Origin: Macrostomum lignano
Taxonomy: Eukaryota
Reading direction: 5' to 3'
DNA: 32,586 nucleotides
NCBI GenBank assembly: GCA_002269645.1
Contig: NIVC01004876.1
Span: forward strand, 1-32,586
Part shown: one piece after another, positions 22,158-32,586 of the stretch
How positions within the stretch are numbered: position 1 is the first letter of the stretch
Layout of the letters: every line of letters starts with the position of its first letter
Made by a program: the position numbers and the translations under genes
The notes under the pieces: generated by a model
Told to the model about the DNA's origin: nothing
What the model saw: only the letters and a program-made list of their open reading frames with translations
Database searches by the model: none

Positions 22158-23232
22158 TTTCTATAGGGCCTTTTTTAGCAGCTCTTCAATAGACAGCTGA
22201 ACTGGTAACAAATAGGCCTCTAGTTCCTATTTTTAGGGGGGGGATAGAAAAAGAGTCTGGTTGAGCTCCATCATCAGCTAAGGGAAATAATACAGGAACT
22301 GAGCCCCTTTGGCGGCTCCTGCAAATTGTATTGAAGGTTGCGATTGCCTCTGGATGGGGGCGTTTCACTTCTTGCTCGACGCAAATTTCGTACAAAGGAG
22401 TTCCATCTAGATCTTTGATTTCTTATCGTCAAAAGACTGAATCTTTCACAAACTGATCTATTATGGATTGGATGTGAAACATTGAGTTGGTGAAAGCAGT
22501 CATGCCTGCTGATCACTGAGCCCGCAAACGCTCACACAGGTTGCACAACGGCCCTAACTTCCCCATCGTCAGACATGTACACTTTCTGTGCCTTGGCCGT
22601 TGGCCCTCGTGGTCGAAGAATCGCACAAACCTCGGGCCAATTTTTGTCCACGGGCACCAAAGAAATCGCCGGAGTCGGACGCATTTACCGCTGAGCTCTG
22701 CAAGTGAGTTTCTTGTGCTTGTGCCCGCGATGCTCTTCATCCTTGGAAATAATTGAGAAATTGAAGAATAGACAGTTTTCATTTCCTTCGAATAGAACCG
22801 ATTGAAATTAAATAACAAGGGTGAGCGAGTGCGACAGACAGGGAAGTCAGAGAGAGTGACAGCAATTATGAAAATCAAACAGCGGGATGTTTCCCACAGC
22901 GAGAAGACAGAAAACCGCTTAGCAACCGGGAAGGCCGGGAAGGCGGCTTTCCATTGTGCGCAGAGGGGAGAGCTGGCAAGAGTTCCAGCGCGGAGGTGGA
23001 TAAAAGCGGGGAGGTGGAGAGCAATTTGCAGCAGACAGGAGGTAAGAATGCCAGAGACTCAACATGAGGAAGGCGTTTTGCTTCTTCTCAGCTGAAAATT
23101 AGTCATGCTGAGAATCTGGGATCCAAGGGGAATCATTTCCCACCGAGACCTGTTCGCATCGACCTCTTATAATCTTCTTTTTTTCTCATCGTACTCACGA
23201 AAACAGGCGCTATCTTCTAATGCCTTCTCAGA

Positions 23233-23424
23233 GTGACGACAGCTCGCCCGAGGCCCGCTGACGACATCAATTTTCCACAGCGCAGTGCAAAGCGGCATTT
23301 CCCAGTCGCCGAGGAAAAGAGAGAAGATCTTGCCTCTAATTGCGCTTCTGCTGCTGCTTCTGCGTCGCTGCCTTTTTATTCACCATCAACGCACTGCTCA
23401 AATAACAGACTGCCGATAGAGTGA
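23233..23424 (+). pseudogene. Diverged, truncated, intron-less paralog of the 21477-22157 segment
   Basis: NFPQRSAKRHFPVAEEKREDLASNCASAAASAS...SNNRLP aligns by eye with both exon-like segments. Confidence 0.3.
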
Positions 23425-23923
23425 CTACATCGGATTCTGGCGTCTCCGCATGAATAGCGAAAATACATCTACTGCCGCACTCTTCCACGGATGTAGAATA
23501 GTAGAAATCTCAGGCTCACCTATTGTGCCTGGACAATGCCTAACCTGCTCAGCCTTGTCTCGTTCAAACGAAAGACTTTTACAGACAGCATTCAGCTTTG
23601 CGGATGCTGGGGCAGATTACTAAGCAGAGATCTAGACCGAGATTTAAAACTCTTGCAGTGTATGCTCTTCGATTTTACTGCCACTATTAGGCTTGGGGAA
23701 AGAAAAAACTTGAATAGTGTAAACTTAAATAGTTAGGCAACATTTCAGAGTCTAATTTCTTCATCAGTAGTTAGTGTTTTTTAATACTGTATAATGTCGT
23801 GCAGTTCAACAAATCAAATCTGGCCCTCTTTCTTTTGCCTAGCCAATCAACGAAAACATTTGCGGATGATATTACAGTCAGAATCTTAATCTTCCGGCTA
23901 TGCATTGATTCTGCCGCTGCCAA

Positions 23924-24803
23924 TGATTGTACATTCTGCTTAAACCCACCCCACTCCCTGATTGTACATTCTGCTTAAACCCATCCCACTCCCTGATTGT
24001 ACATCCTGCTTAAACCCACCTAACTCCCTGATTGTAAATCCTGCTTAAACCCACCTCACTCCCTGATTGTAAATCCTGCTTAGACCCACGTCACTCCCTG
24101 ATTGTACATTCTGCTTAAAACCACCCACTCCCTGATTGTACATCCTGCTTAAACCCACCTCACTCCCTGATTGTAAATCCTGCTTAGACCCACGTCACTC
24201 CCTGATTGTACATTCTGCTTAAACCCATCCCATTCCCTGATTGTACATCCTGCTTAAACCCACCTCACTCCCTGATTGTAAATCCTGCTTAGACCCACGT
24301 CACTCCCTGATTGTACATTCTGCTTAAACCCACCCCACTCCCTGATTGTACATCCTGCTTAAACCCACCTAACTCCCTGATTGTAAATCCTGCTTAGACC
24401 CACGTCACTCCCTGATTGTACATTCTGCTTAAAACCACCCACTCCCTGATTGTACATCCTGCTTAAACCCACCTCACTCCCTGATTGTAAATCCTGCTTA
24501 GACCCACGTCACTCCCTGATTGTACATTCTGCTTAAAACCACCCACTCCCTGATTGTACATCCTGCTTAAACCCACCTCACTCCCTGATTGTAAATCCTG
24601 CTTAGACCCACGTCACTCCCTGATTGTACATTCTGCTTAAACCCATCCCACTCCCTGATTGTACATTCTGCTTAAACCCATCCCACTCCCTGATTGTACA
24701 TCCTGCTTAAACCCACGTCACTCCCTGATTGTAAATCCTGCTTAAAGCCACCTCACTCCCTGATTGTAAATCCTGCTTAAAGCCACCTCACTTCCTAATT
24801 GTA
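23924..24803. repeat. 35-bp minisatellite (TGATTGTACATTCTGCTTAAACCCACCCCACTCCC), ~25 units, with trimer higher-order structure
   Basis: Head-to-tail units with no spacers. Variant units recur with a period of three. Confidence 0.95.
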
Positions 24804-24840
24804 CTCTGAACATGGCTGCAATTTCATTCATACTTAATAA

Positions 24841-24846
24841 TTTATT
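24841..24846 (-). terminator. Probable AATAAA polyadenylation signal of the PHACTR-like gene
   Basis: TTTATT on the plus strand, ~80 nt past the stop codon. Confidence 0.45.
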
Positions 24847-24928
24847 TCAGAAATTCAACAAAAATTATCACACGAGTCCAACAGCAACCCAGTCATTTTA
24901 AAGAAAAATTCCAGATAAGGACCGGCGG

Positions 24929-25021
24929 TCAGGATTTGTGGTAGCGGGTGTACTTTCTGCTGTTCTTATGAACTGGCATCTCCTTGGACTTGAACGCATT
25001 GAGCTCCTTCCTTATCTTCTC
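24929..25021 (-). CDS. PHACTR: PHACTR-like protein, terminal exon (EKIRKELNAFKSKEMPVHKNSRKYTRYHKS*)
   Basis: Matches the recalled PHACTR end [36 protein letters not shown] acceptor in phase 0. Confidence 0.92.
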   Translation of the reverse strand, partial: EKIRKELNAFKSKEMPVHKNSRKYTRYHKS

Positions 25022-25583
25022 CTGCAATGGGTTTGGGGAGAATTTTCCCGGCTTAGCACAGCAGACTCCATAATCTTGAGGATTATTAATCTTCTGGCGT
25101 AATCTATTGACAGTTCAATGTCACCGTTTAATCCCAGATAGAAGGATAATCTTATTTGATACTAAAATGATTAAAATCTGCACTGTAATTTAGGAAATCA
25201 TCTCCACACTCATATAAATGCGAATGCTAGCATCAAAATTTTTAATAAGACGCGTTTTGACCGACGCGAACTATTTTTGAAAAACAATGACGAGCATGAA
25301 CTTATACGTCGAACCAAACGGTTGAGCAAATATGTATGATGTATGAAATTCAATATTCAAGCCAAGGACTGAAGCTTAAGAATGTACAAATGGACACTAG
25401 CTAATAAAGAAAGGGCAGGGACAAAATTTAGAATAGAATGCAGTTTTAAGGCTTCAAGTAAATCACTCCCGTTTCATACAATCGAGTTCCATATTGTTTA
25501 TACTTGCACATGTACATGCTCAATCGTTAGGTCTAAGTAATTGAAGGGGAACACTTTACCGCAGGTAATCTTCAGTTTCTCAC

Positions 25584-26366
25584 CTTGTCCACCTCCGAGA
25601 GGCAGGTCCAAGGCTTGTCAGTCACCCTGTCGTAGTCCTCAGTGCGGGTGACCTCGACGTAGTCGCTGAACTTGATTATCTGCCGGTCGCGGAGCTCCTC
25701 GACAGTCGGCCGGTAGCTCAGCTTCCTGGCTAGCAGGCGGATCTGCTGTCGCCGCTCGGACTCCAGCTGCTGGCTGCCGGTGGAGTGCAGGATGTTGCGC
25801 TCCAGCAGCTGCTCGCTGGTTGGCCTCAGGCTGAGCCGCCGCTCCAGCACAGCGCCGATTCTGTCCCGCTCCGACGGTGGCAGCTGCGAGCGAAGCCGCT
25901 GCAGGCCGGCCCGGCGCTCCTGACGGCCGTTTTCCAGGAAACGCGAGAACGGATCGCGACGTTTGAGAGAATCGAAGTTCTGCCGCTGCTGCTGCTGGCC
26001 CTGATGGGGCTGCTGCTTTGAAGCAAGCTGACCGCTACTGCTGCACTTTTTAATGATGCCCTTGGCTGGCTGGCGACCAAAGTCGGGCTCCTTCGAAGGG
26101 ACCTGCTCATAGCCTTCAGGCACCGGCTCCTCTGATTCGGCAGGTTTGCAGGCTTCAACAGCGGTGACAGCCGTTGAGAACTCGGTCTGCCGCTGCTGGC
26201 CCTCGGGGATGAACTGAGACAGCGTCGCGAGCTCTCTCGGGTCCTTGCTTGGTTCGCATTCCACGGCGAGTCTAGAGGTGCAATTTTCTGTGGCTGTGAA
26301 GGCCAAGTCCGCACTGCTGACAGTCTGGACTATCGTTGCCGGGAGAGCCACGGCAACTGTTCCATT
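25584..26366 (-). CDS. PHACTR: PHACTR-like protein, main exon (two RPEL motifs plus the PP1-binding region)
   Basis: RRLSLRPTSEQLLERNIL, RKLSYRPTVEELRDRQIIKFSDYVEV and DYDRVTDKPWTCLSEVDK. GCACAG acceptor and AAG|GTGAG donor, both in phase 0. Confidence 0.93.
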
Positions 26367-26895
26367 CTGTGCGGCTAATGAGATGGGTTAGATAGATTAG
26401 CAATCCATTCATTCGTGATAGCTAATGTAGACCTATATACGAGCAATATTAAGAAAAATAAAGATCGCAGCAGCTTCCGCAATGTTGATAATTGCAGCGA
26501 AACAGTCAGGCACGCAAGAACTGGTCGGATGCTTCCATCTCAAAAGTGACTCTGAAAACCGCTGAAGTAGTGAAAGAGCCCCAGGGAAAAGTTAGCCAAA
26601 CGCCTTAAGCCCAGACTTCAGCCCTGTGCACGCATGAAATGTTGCCACTTCGTCAAGTGCTAATAGTTCCCGAGGCCCCTGCGGCCCCTCCAATCAATAT
26701 TGACCGGCCGTTAGTCCGTCCATTGCAAAGCGAAAGCACTGCAGCTCATGAATTATTGATGAGCGGAGGGCAAGAATCAACTGCTAAACTGGGGACGGCT
26801 CTTGAGAAAGCAGTCTTGCCCGAACTGTTTCTTTGTGGAGTTGAGCGTTCTAGAAATTCATCTTTCTTGCTTTATTGACTTGGTTTCAAACTTAG

Positions 26896-27255
26896 AAAGT
26901 ACTCGCCCTCTGGGGGGAATACTGTACAAAAAATACACAAAAGCATTTAAATTCCTCTCAACTGAAAGCCCTCCCTGTTAATACAATACCGCACCCAGTC
27001 CCTTCTGCTAAAATTTCACTTAATGAAGTTTCATCTCAAGCATTGGAGTCTTGGGGTTACAAGTCGAATTTAAAGTCGGATCTACCGCGGGATGAAATAG
27101 ATAATTTTTTAGAAGGGTACATGAAAAAGAAATATTTGCTTATTAGGGAATTATCATTAGGGTTTGTGTGCACCCTGGCGCACTGCACTTTAAGCGACAT
27201 TGTCACACAACCGGCAAGAGGCACAACTGCCCATTCCGCCGACTCCCCTGAGCAG
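26896..27255 (+). CDS. Antisense exon-like open frame inside PHACTR intron 2 (KVLALWGEYC...LEGYMKKKYLLIRELSLGFVC...SPEQ)
   Basis: Frame open from 26896 to 27318, bounded by CTTAG and CAG|GTACAC. No family recognised. Confidence 0.3.
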
Positions 27256-27440
27256 GTACACGAGCGCGTGGATACGTACACAGGCACACACGCACACTGG
27301 AGTGTACAGCGGCCCTAACTTTATTTATCGTTAGGCATGTACATTTCACTGTGCCTTGGGCGTTGACTCTCAAGAGCGTTAATTGCACGAGCAGAGCCAA
27401 GCCGAGATTCCAATTTAGCCCCAAATTAATGTGACTGTAC

Positions 27441-27505
27441 TTGGGACCGAGCCTGGACCGCTGGGACATCAGAGCGCCGCGCCAGACCACTGGGCGACGG
27501 CCTCC
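27441..27505 (-). CDS. PHACTR: PHACTR-like protein, exon 2 (RPSPSGLARRSDVPAVQARSQ)
   Basis: A 65-nt exon (CATTAG / GTACAG) that converts the phase-1 end of exon 1 to the phase-0 start of exon 3. Confidence 0.6.
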
Positions 27506-27932
27506 CTAATGACCTTAGTAATTTTTTGAACGAATTAAAATATGAATCACACAAAAATGATAATAATTTTCGTTCAACTAAGAAAGTGCGACTGCTGTAA
27601 ATCGGAGCATTCCAATAAAACTATTCGTCCCATCACCGATGCGCTCCCTGCGTACTCAAGTAGAAGGATGCTGAACTCTCAAACTGTTGTATCTTAATTC
27701 ACCAGAACGTGGAAAGCTACCTGGGACGATTTGGAAGTCTAAAAGGTAAGATACTTGTTAGTCACTTGCTAAGAAGGTTGACCTTTCCTACCGCTATTAA
27801 TTCAAGAACAACTTTAGTCAGCCATTGTGGTGAAAAAGTCCTTTTCCTAGTGAACTTCTCAGGACTTGAGAGTGCTTCTATTGAGTAGTCCATGGCCTGT
27901 CCTCTATTCCCAAGAAATCCAAGAGGCTTCAC

Positions 27933-28179
27933 CCGCTAAGCGACCTCCGCTGTTTCCACGCGTCCTGGCCTCCTGTTCGGACAGCCGAAGCAGTGATTCC
28001 GCGCCGAACTCCGAGCCAATGCGCCGAGTGTAGCGCCGGGCGGTCACCGAGGACAGCGTCGTGACGCTGTCGGATAGATGGCGCCGGCAGCCGCGTCCGG
28101 CTTGCTGCTGGCTCCTGTGGTGCAGCCGCAGTGACTCGCTGCGCCGGCTGGACAGAGGCGTGGACTGGCAGCTGCCCAT
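27933..28179 (-). CDS. PHACTR: PHACTR-like protein, probable first coding exon (MGSCQSTPLSSRRSESL...)
   Basis: gcgATGG start context, GC-rich open frame and G|GTGAAG donor. The four exons total 1188 nt, or 395 aa. Confidence 0.6.
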
Positions 28180-28625
28180 CGCTGGACAGAACAAGTTGGT
28201 AGGAGAGAAAATCTCTGTGTCTGTTCTGTAATGTAAGTTCGCGACAAGTCAGAAGTCTCAATCATTTAAGCCCGTCGGTTCGTCCAGTTCCGCTCCGTTG
28301 CTCAGACAGAATGAACGGGAAGCAAAAACTCTTTGCGGTGTCAATTTTTTTGCTTCTGTTCGTGCGCCATGAATTGAATTCACTTGGCTTCGTTGGACCC
28401 TTCCTGCTGCTGTTCCTGTTAACTTATGACCTGAGCAACGCAGAGAGAAAATGTTTGAATAAACCAAAGGACACAATCGTGCAACATTCCTACACTAATT
28501 AAACAGGTAGGAATGTGTTTCTTAATTTATGCTCTGCTTATTACTTATAGTACCATATGCATGGCTTTAAGCAAGTGAGTGATTTTAATGTTTCTAAGTG
28601 TGTTTCACGCATTCACATGTAAACA

Positions 28626-28850
28626 GGGACTGTAGCCTAGTGGTTAGTGTCGGACACCGGACTAAAAGGTCGCGGATTGGATTCTGGATCCACTCGGAAC
28701 AATTTGTGTCCTTAAGCAAGACACTTACCAGTAACTCTGCATTGCTTCAGTTCACCCAGCTGTAAAATGGGTGCCAGCATCAGCTGGGGTAATTAAGGCT
28801 GTGTGTGGCGACCCCCCGTCCTTGGATTGAACAGTCGTACGCCTCCTTCA
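28626..28850 (+). mobile_element. tRNA-derived SINE with a conserved central core
   Basis: A-box TAGCCTAGTGG at 28633-28643 and a degenerate B-box at ~28674-28684. These are followed by GTGTCCTTAAGCAAGACACTT and CACCCAGCTGTAAAATGGGT, as recalled for Deu/Meta/V-type SINE superfamilies. The 3' end is approximate. Confidence 0.75.
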
Positions 28851-29548
28851 GATGCGCCACGCAATAGCTGCGGCTGAGCTGTCGGTTGCACATCTGCCCA
28901 TAGGCGCAGGTGCAATCAATTATTATAACTGTTATCATCATTCACGCATACATACAGAGAGCTATTGTGAAGATAGACAAAGAGCGCACGTATTATTGAG
29001 ATACAATTTTATATCAAAATTATTCCGGAAAACGTTGACACAAGAAACTATCTCTTTCCTGTGTGCAGTGTTCTTACTGTCTTTTTTGAATTTGAAATCG
29101 TTTTTTCCTTGCTTAAAATCTGTAAACTAGTATCTAAACACGGAAAATCTAATGAGCCAGGGCCAGCAACGAGGCAGATCATCAGTAAAAAGTATAATAC
29201 TGGGGTAGAGTTGCTCTCTTAGTAAATAGAATGACAAAGAGAACGACAATGCAAGCATTAGTTTTAATAGCCAACGCGTTTTGTCAAAGCTGTGGTCAGG
29301 ATTCTTGAGGCTACGTACATTCGTTTGCACAAGCCATCGTTGAATGTGCAGCTGGCTGGCATGGCAGGGGCATATTATATTCATTTTAAAAGTTCACAAA
29401 TAGGTCTTATACTAGCAATCTTCGCCCCCCGATGGGGGACATCTGGATAGAATCTCTGTTTTCTACAAGTAACAAAAAGACAGCCAAAAATCCTTCAAAA
29501 AGACAACAGACAAACTGCTCAAATGAAGCGCAGTGCAAAAAGAAATCA

Positions 29549-30770
29549 TCCCAAGACTGCAAGCATCCCCCAGATAGCAAGCATCCCCTAGATAGCAAGC
29601 ATCCCCCAGATAGCAAGCATCCCCCAGATAGCAAGCATCCCCAAGATAGCAAGCATCCCTCAGATAGCAAGCATCCCCCAGATAGCAAGCATCCCCCAGA
29701 TAGCAAGCATCCCCCAGACAGCAAGCATCCCCCAGATAGCAAGCATCCCCTAGATAGCAAGCATCCCCCAGATAGCAAGCATCCCCCAGATAGCAAGCAT
29801 CCCCCAGATAGCAAGCATCCCCCAGATAGCAAGCATCCCCCAGATAGCAAGCATCCCCCAGATAGCAAGCATCCCCCAGATTGCAAGCATCCCCCAGATA
29901 GCAAGCATCCTCAGATAGCAAGCATCCCCCAGATAGCAAGCATCCCCCAGATAGCAAGCATCCCCCAGATAGCAAGCATCCCCCAGATAGCAAGCATCCC
30001 CCAGATAGCAAGCATCCCCCAGATAGCAAGCATCCCCCAGATAGCAAGCATCCTCAGATAGCAAGCATCCCCCAGATAGCAAGCATCCCCCAGATAGCAA
30101 GCATCCCCAGATAGCAAGCATCCCCCAGATAGCAAGCATCCCCCAGATAGCAAGCATCCCCCAGATAGCAAGCATCCCCCAGATTGCAAGCATCCCCCAG
30201 ATAGCAAGCATCCCCAAGATAGCAAGCATCCCCCAGATAGCAAGCATCCCCCAGATAGCAAGCATCCCCCAGATAGCAAGCATCCCCCAGATAGCAAGCA
30301 TCCCCCAGATAGCAAGCATCCCCAGATAGCAAGCATCCCCCAGATAGCAAGCATCCCCCAGATAGCAAGCATCCCCCAGATAGCAAGCATCCCCCAGATA
30401 GCAAGCATCCCCCAGATAGCAAGCATCCCCCAGATAGCAAGCATCCCCCAGATAGCAAGCATCCCCCAGATAGCAAGCATCCCCCAGATAGCAAGCATCC
30501 CCAAGATAGCAAGCATCCCCAGATTGCAAGCATCCCCCAGATAGCAAGCATCCCCCAGATAGCAAGCATCCCCCAGATAGCAAGCATCCCCCAGATAGCA
30601 AGCATCCCCCAGATAGCAAGCATCCCCCAGATAGCAAGCATCCCCCAGACAGCAAGCATCCCCCAGATAGCAAGCATCCCCCAGATAGCAAGCATCCCCA
30701 GATAGCAAGCATCCCCCAGATAGCAAGCATCCCCAAGATAGATAGCATCCCCAAATAGCAAGCATCCACC
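29549..30770. repeat. 18-bp minisatellite (GATAGCAAGCATCCCCCA), ~67 units, G-rich on the minus strand
   Basis: Highly homogeneous tandem array with occasional 17-nt units. Confidence 0.97.
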
Positions 30771-30859
30771 AGACAATAAGTAGCTAGTGCGACAATTTCC
30801 TTAGCATTATAGCGGCTCCTTTAAAATTCGCTTACTTTTACGTTTGAAATTGTGTATCT

Positions 30860-32586
30860 TTTATGTTTAACAGGGTGGCTCTTTTATGTTCTACGCTCGT
30901 ACATGGTAACTCTTTTATGTTTGATACGGTGGCTTTTCAATGTCTGACATAGTGGCTCTTCTATGTTTGACATGGGGGCTCTTCTATGTTTGACATGGGG
31001 GCTCTTCTATGTTTGACAAAGTGGCTTTTTAATGTTTGACATGGTGGCTCTATTATGTTTGACATGGTGGCTCTTTAATGTTCAAAAAGGTGGCTCTTTT
31101 ATGTTTGACATGGTGGCTCTTTAATGTTTGACATGGTGGCTCTTTAATGTTTGACATGGTGGCTCTTCAATGTTAGACAAAGTAGCTCTTTAATTTTTGA
31201 CATGGTGGCTCTTTAATGTTGGACATGGTGGCTCTTTAATGTTAGACATGGTGGCTCTTTAATGTTCGACATAAAGTCACTTATATGTTTGACATGATGG
31301 CTCTTTTATGTTTAACATAGTGGCTCTTTAATGTTTGACATGGTAGCTCTTTTATGTTCGACATGGTGGCTCTTCAATGTTAGACATGGTGGCTCTTTAA
31401 TGTTCGACATAAAGTCACTTATATGTTTGACATGATGGCTCTTTTATGTTTAACATAGTGGCTCTTTAATGTTTGACATGGTAGCTCTTTTATGTTCGAC
31501 ATGGAGTTACGTATATGTTTTACATGGTGGCTCTTTTATGTTCGACGTGGTGGCTCTTTAATGTTTGACATGGGGTCTCTTCAATGTTTGACATGGAGTT
31601 ACGTATATGTTTGACATGGTGGCTCTTTAATGTTTTACGTGGTGGCTCTTTAATGTTTGACATGGGGTCTCTTCAATGTTTGACATGGAGTTACGTATAT
31701 GTTTGACATGGTGGCTCTTTAATGTTTTACATGGTGGCACTTTCATGTTTGACCTGGTGGCTCTTAAATGTTTGACATGGTGGCTCTTTAATGTTTGACA
31801 TGGTGTCTCTTTAACGTTTGACATGGAGTCATGTATATGTTTGACATGGTGGCTCTTGATTGTTCGACATAGAGTCATGTATATGTTTGCCATGGTGGCT
31901 CTTTAATGTTTGACATGGTGGCTCTTTAATGTTTACATGGTGGCACTTTCATGTTTGACCTGGTGGCTCTTAAATGTTTGACATGGTGGCTCTTTAATGT
32001 TTGACATGGTGGCTCTTGTATTTTTAACACGTTGGATCTTTAATGTTCGACATGGTGGCTCTTTAATATCTAACATGGAGTCACGTATATGTTTGACATG
32101 GAGTCATGTATATGTCTGATATGGAGCTCTTTAATGTTTACATGGAGTCACCTATATGTTTCACATGGTGGCTATTTATGTTTGACATGTGGTGTTCTTA
32201 AATGTTCGACATGGTGGCTCTTTAATGTGACTGGTGGCTCTTTAATGTTTGACATGGTGGCTCTTAATGTTTTTATATGGTGGCACTTTCATGTTGACCT
32301 AGTGGGGGCTCTTTAATGTTTGACATGGTGCTTTTAATATTTGACATGGTGCACTTTCATGTTTGACCTGTGGTCTTTAATGTTTGACATGGTACCTCTT
32401 TTATGTTCGACATGGTGGCTCTTTAATGTTTTACATGGTGGCTCTTTAATGTTTGGCATGGTGACTCTTTTATGTTCTACATTGTGGCTCTTTTATGTTC
32501 GACATGGTGGCTCTTTATATGTTTGATAAGGTGGCTCTTTAATGTTTGACATTGTGGCTCTTTAATATTTGACAAGGTGGCTCTTT
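30860..32586. repeat. Degenerate 23-bp satellite (ATGTTTGACATGGTGGCTCTTTA), running off the window end
   Basis: Period 23 (e.g. 31101 to 31124), roughly 75 diverged units. Confidence 0.95.

Noticed and set aside
23924-24803. CRISPR array (35-bp period)
   Set aside because: Units are head-to-tail with no unique spacers, there are no cas genes, and the context is eukaryotic.
25785-26314. Overlapping alternative-frame and antisense ORFs in the PHACTR exon (similarly within 5006-7340 and 10765-11214)
   Set aside because: Shadow ORFs of GC-rich true exons. The track misses the real CBARP frame there because it has no start codon.
28626-28700. tRNA gene
   Set aside because: The B-box is degenerate, no clean cloverleaf is evident, and it runs into SINE core sequence.
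29407-30776. Long minus-strand ORFs (LSGGCL, GDACYL, MLAIWG)
   Set aside because: All three frames are open purely because of the 18-bp unit.

Overview
Intron-rich metazoan genomic DNA, not a prokaryotic or phage window. The exon style and abundant minisatellites resemble an invertebrate such as the flatworm Macrostomum, but that is an unverified inference. Three main genes can be assembled by hand. (1) A plus-strand gene (~4758-7396) encodes an unrecognised, largely disordered ~800-850 aa protein with an RVSF motif and a KKKCCC C-terminus; its two halves are out of frame. (2) A minus-strand multi-exon gene (20560 to 9194) resembles CBARP/BARP, the calcium-channel beta-subunit-associated regulatory protein; its middle exons are only partly resolved. 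(3) A minus-strand 4-exon PHACTR-like gene (28179 to 24929, 395 aa) begins MGSCQS and has only two intact RPEL motifs. Also present: four MITE-like inverted-repeat elements, a decayed mariner, a tRNA-derived SINE, six minisatellite arrays (one with a trimer higher-order structure), and diverged duplicated modules and coding-like fragments at 21-23.5 kb and inside the PHACTR intron. Family assignments rest on recalled motifs, not on database searches.
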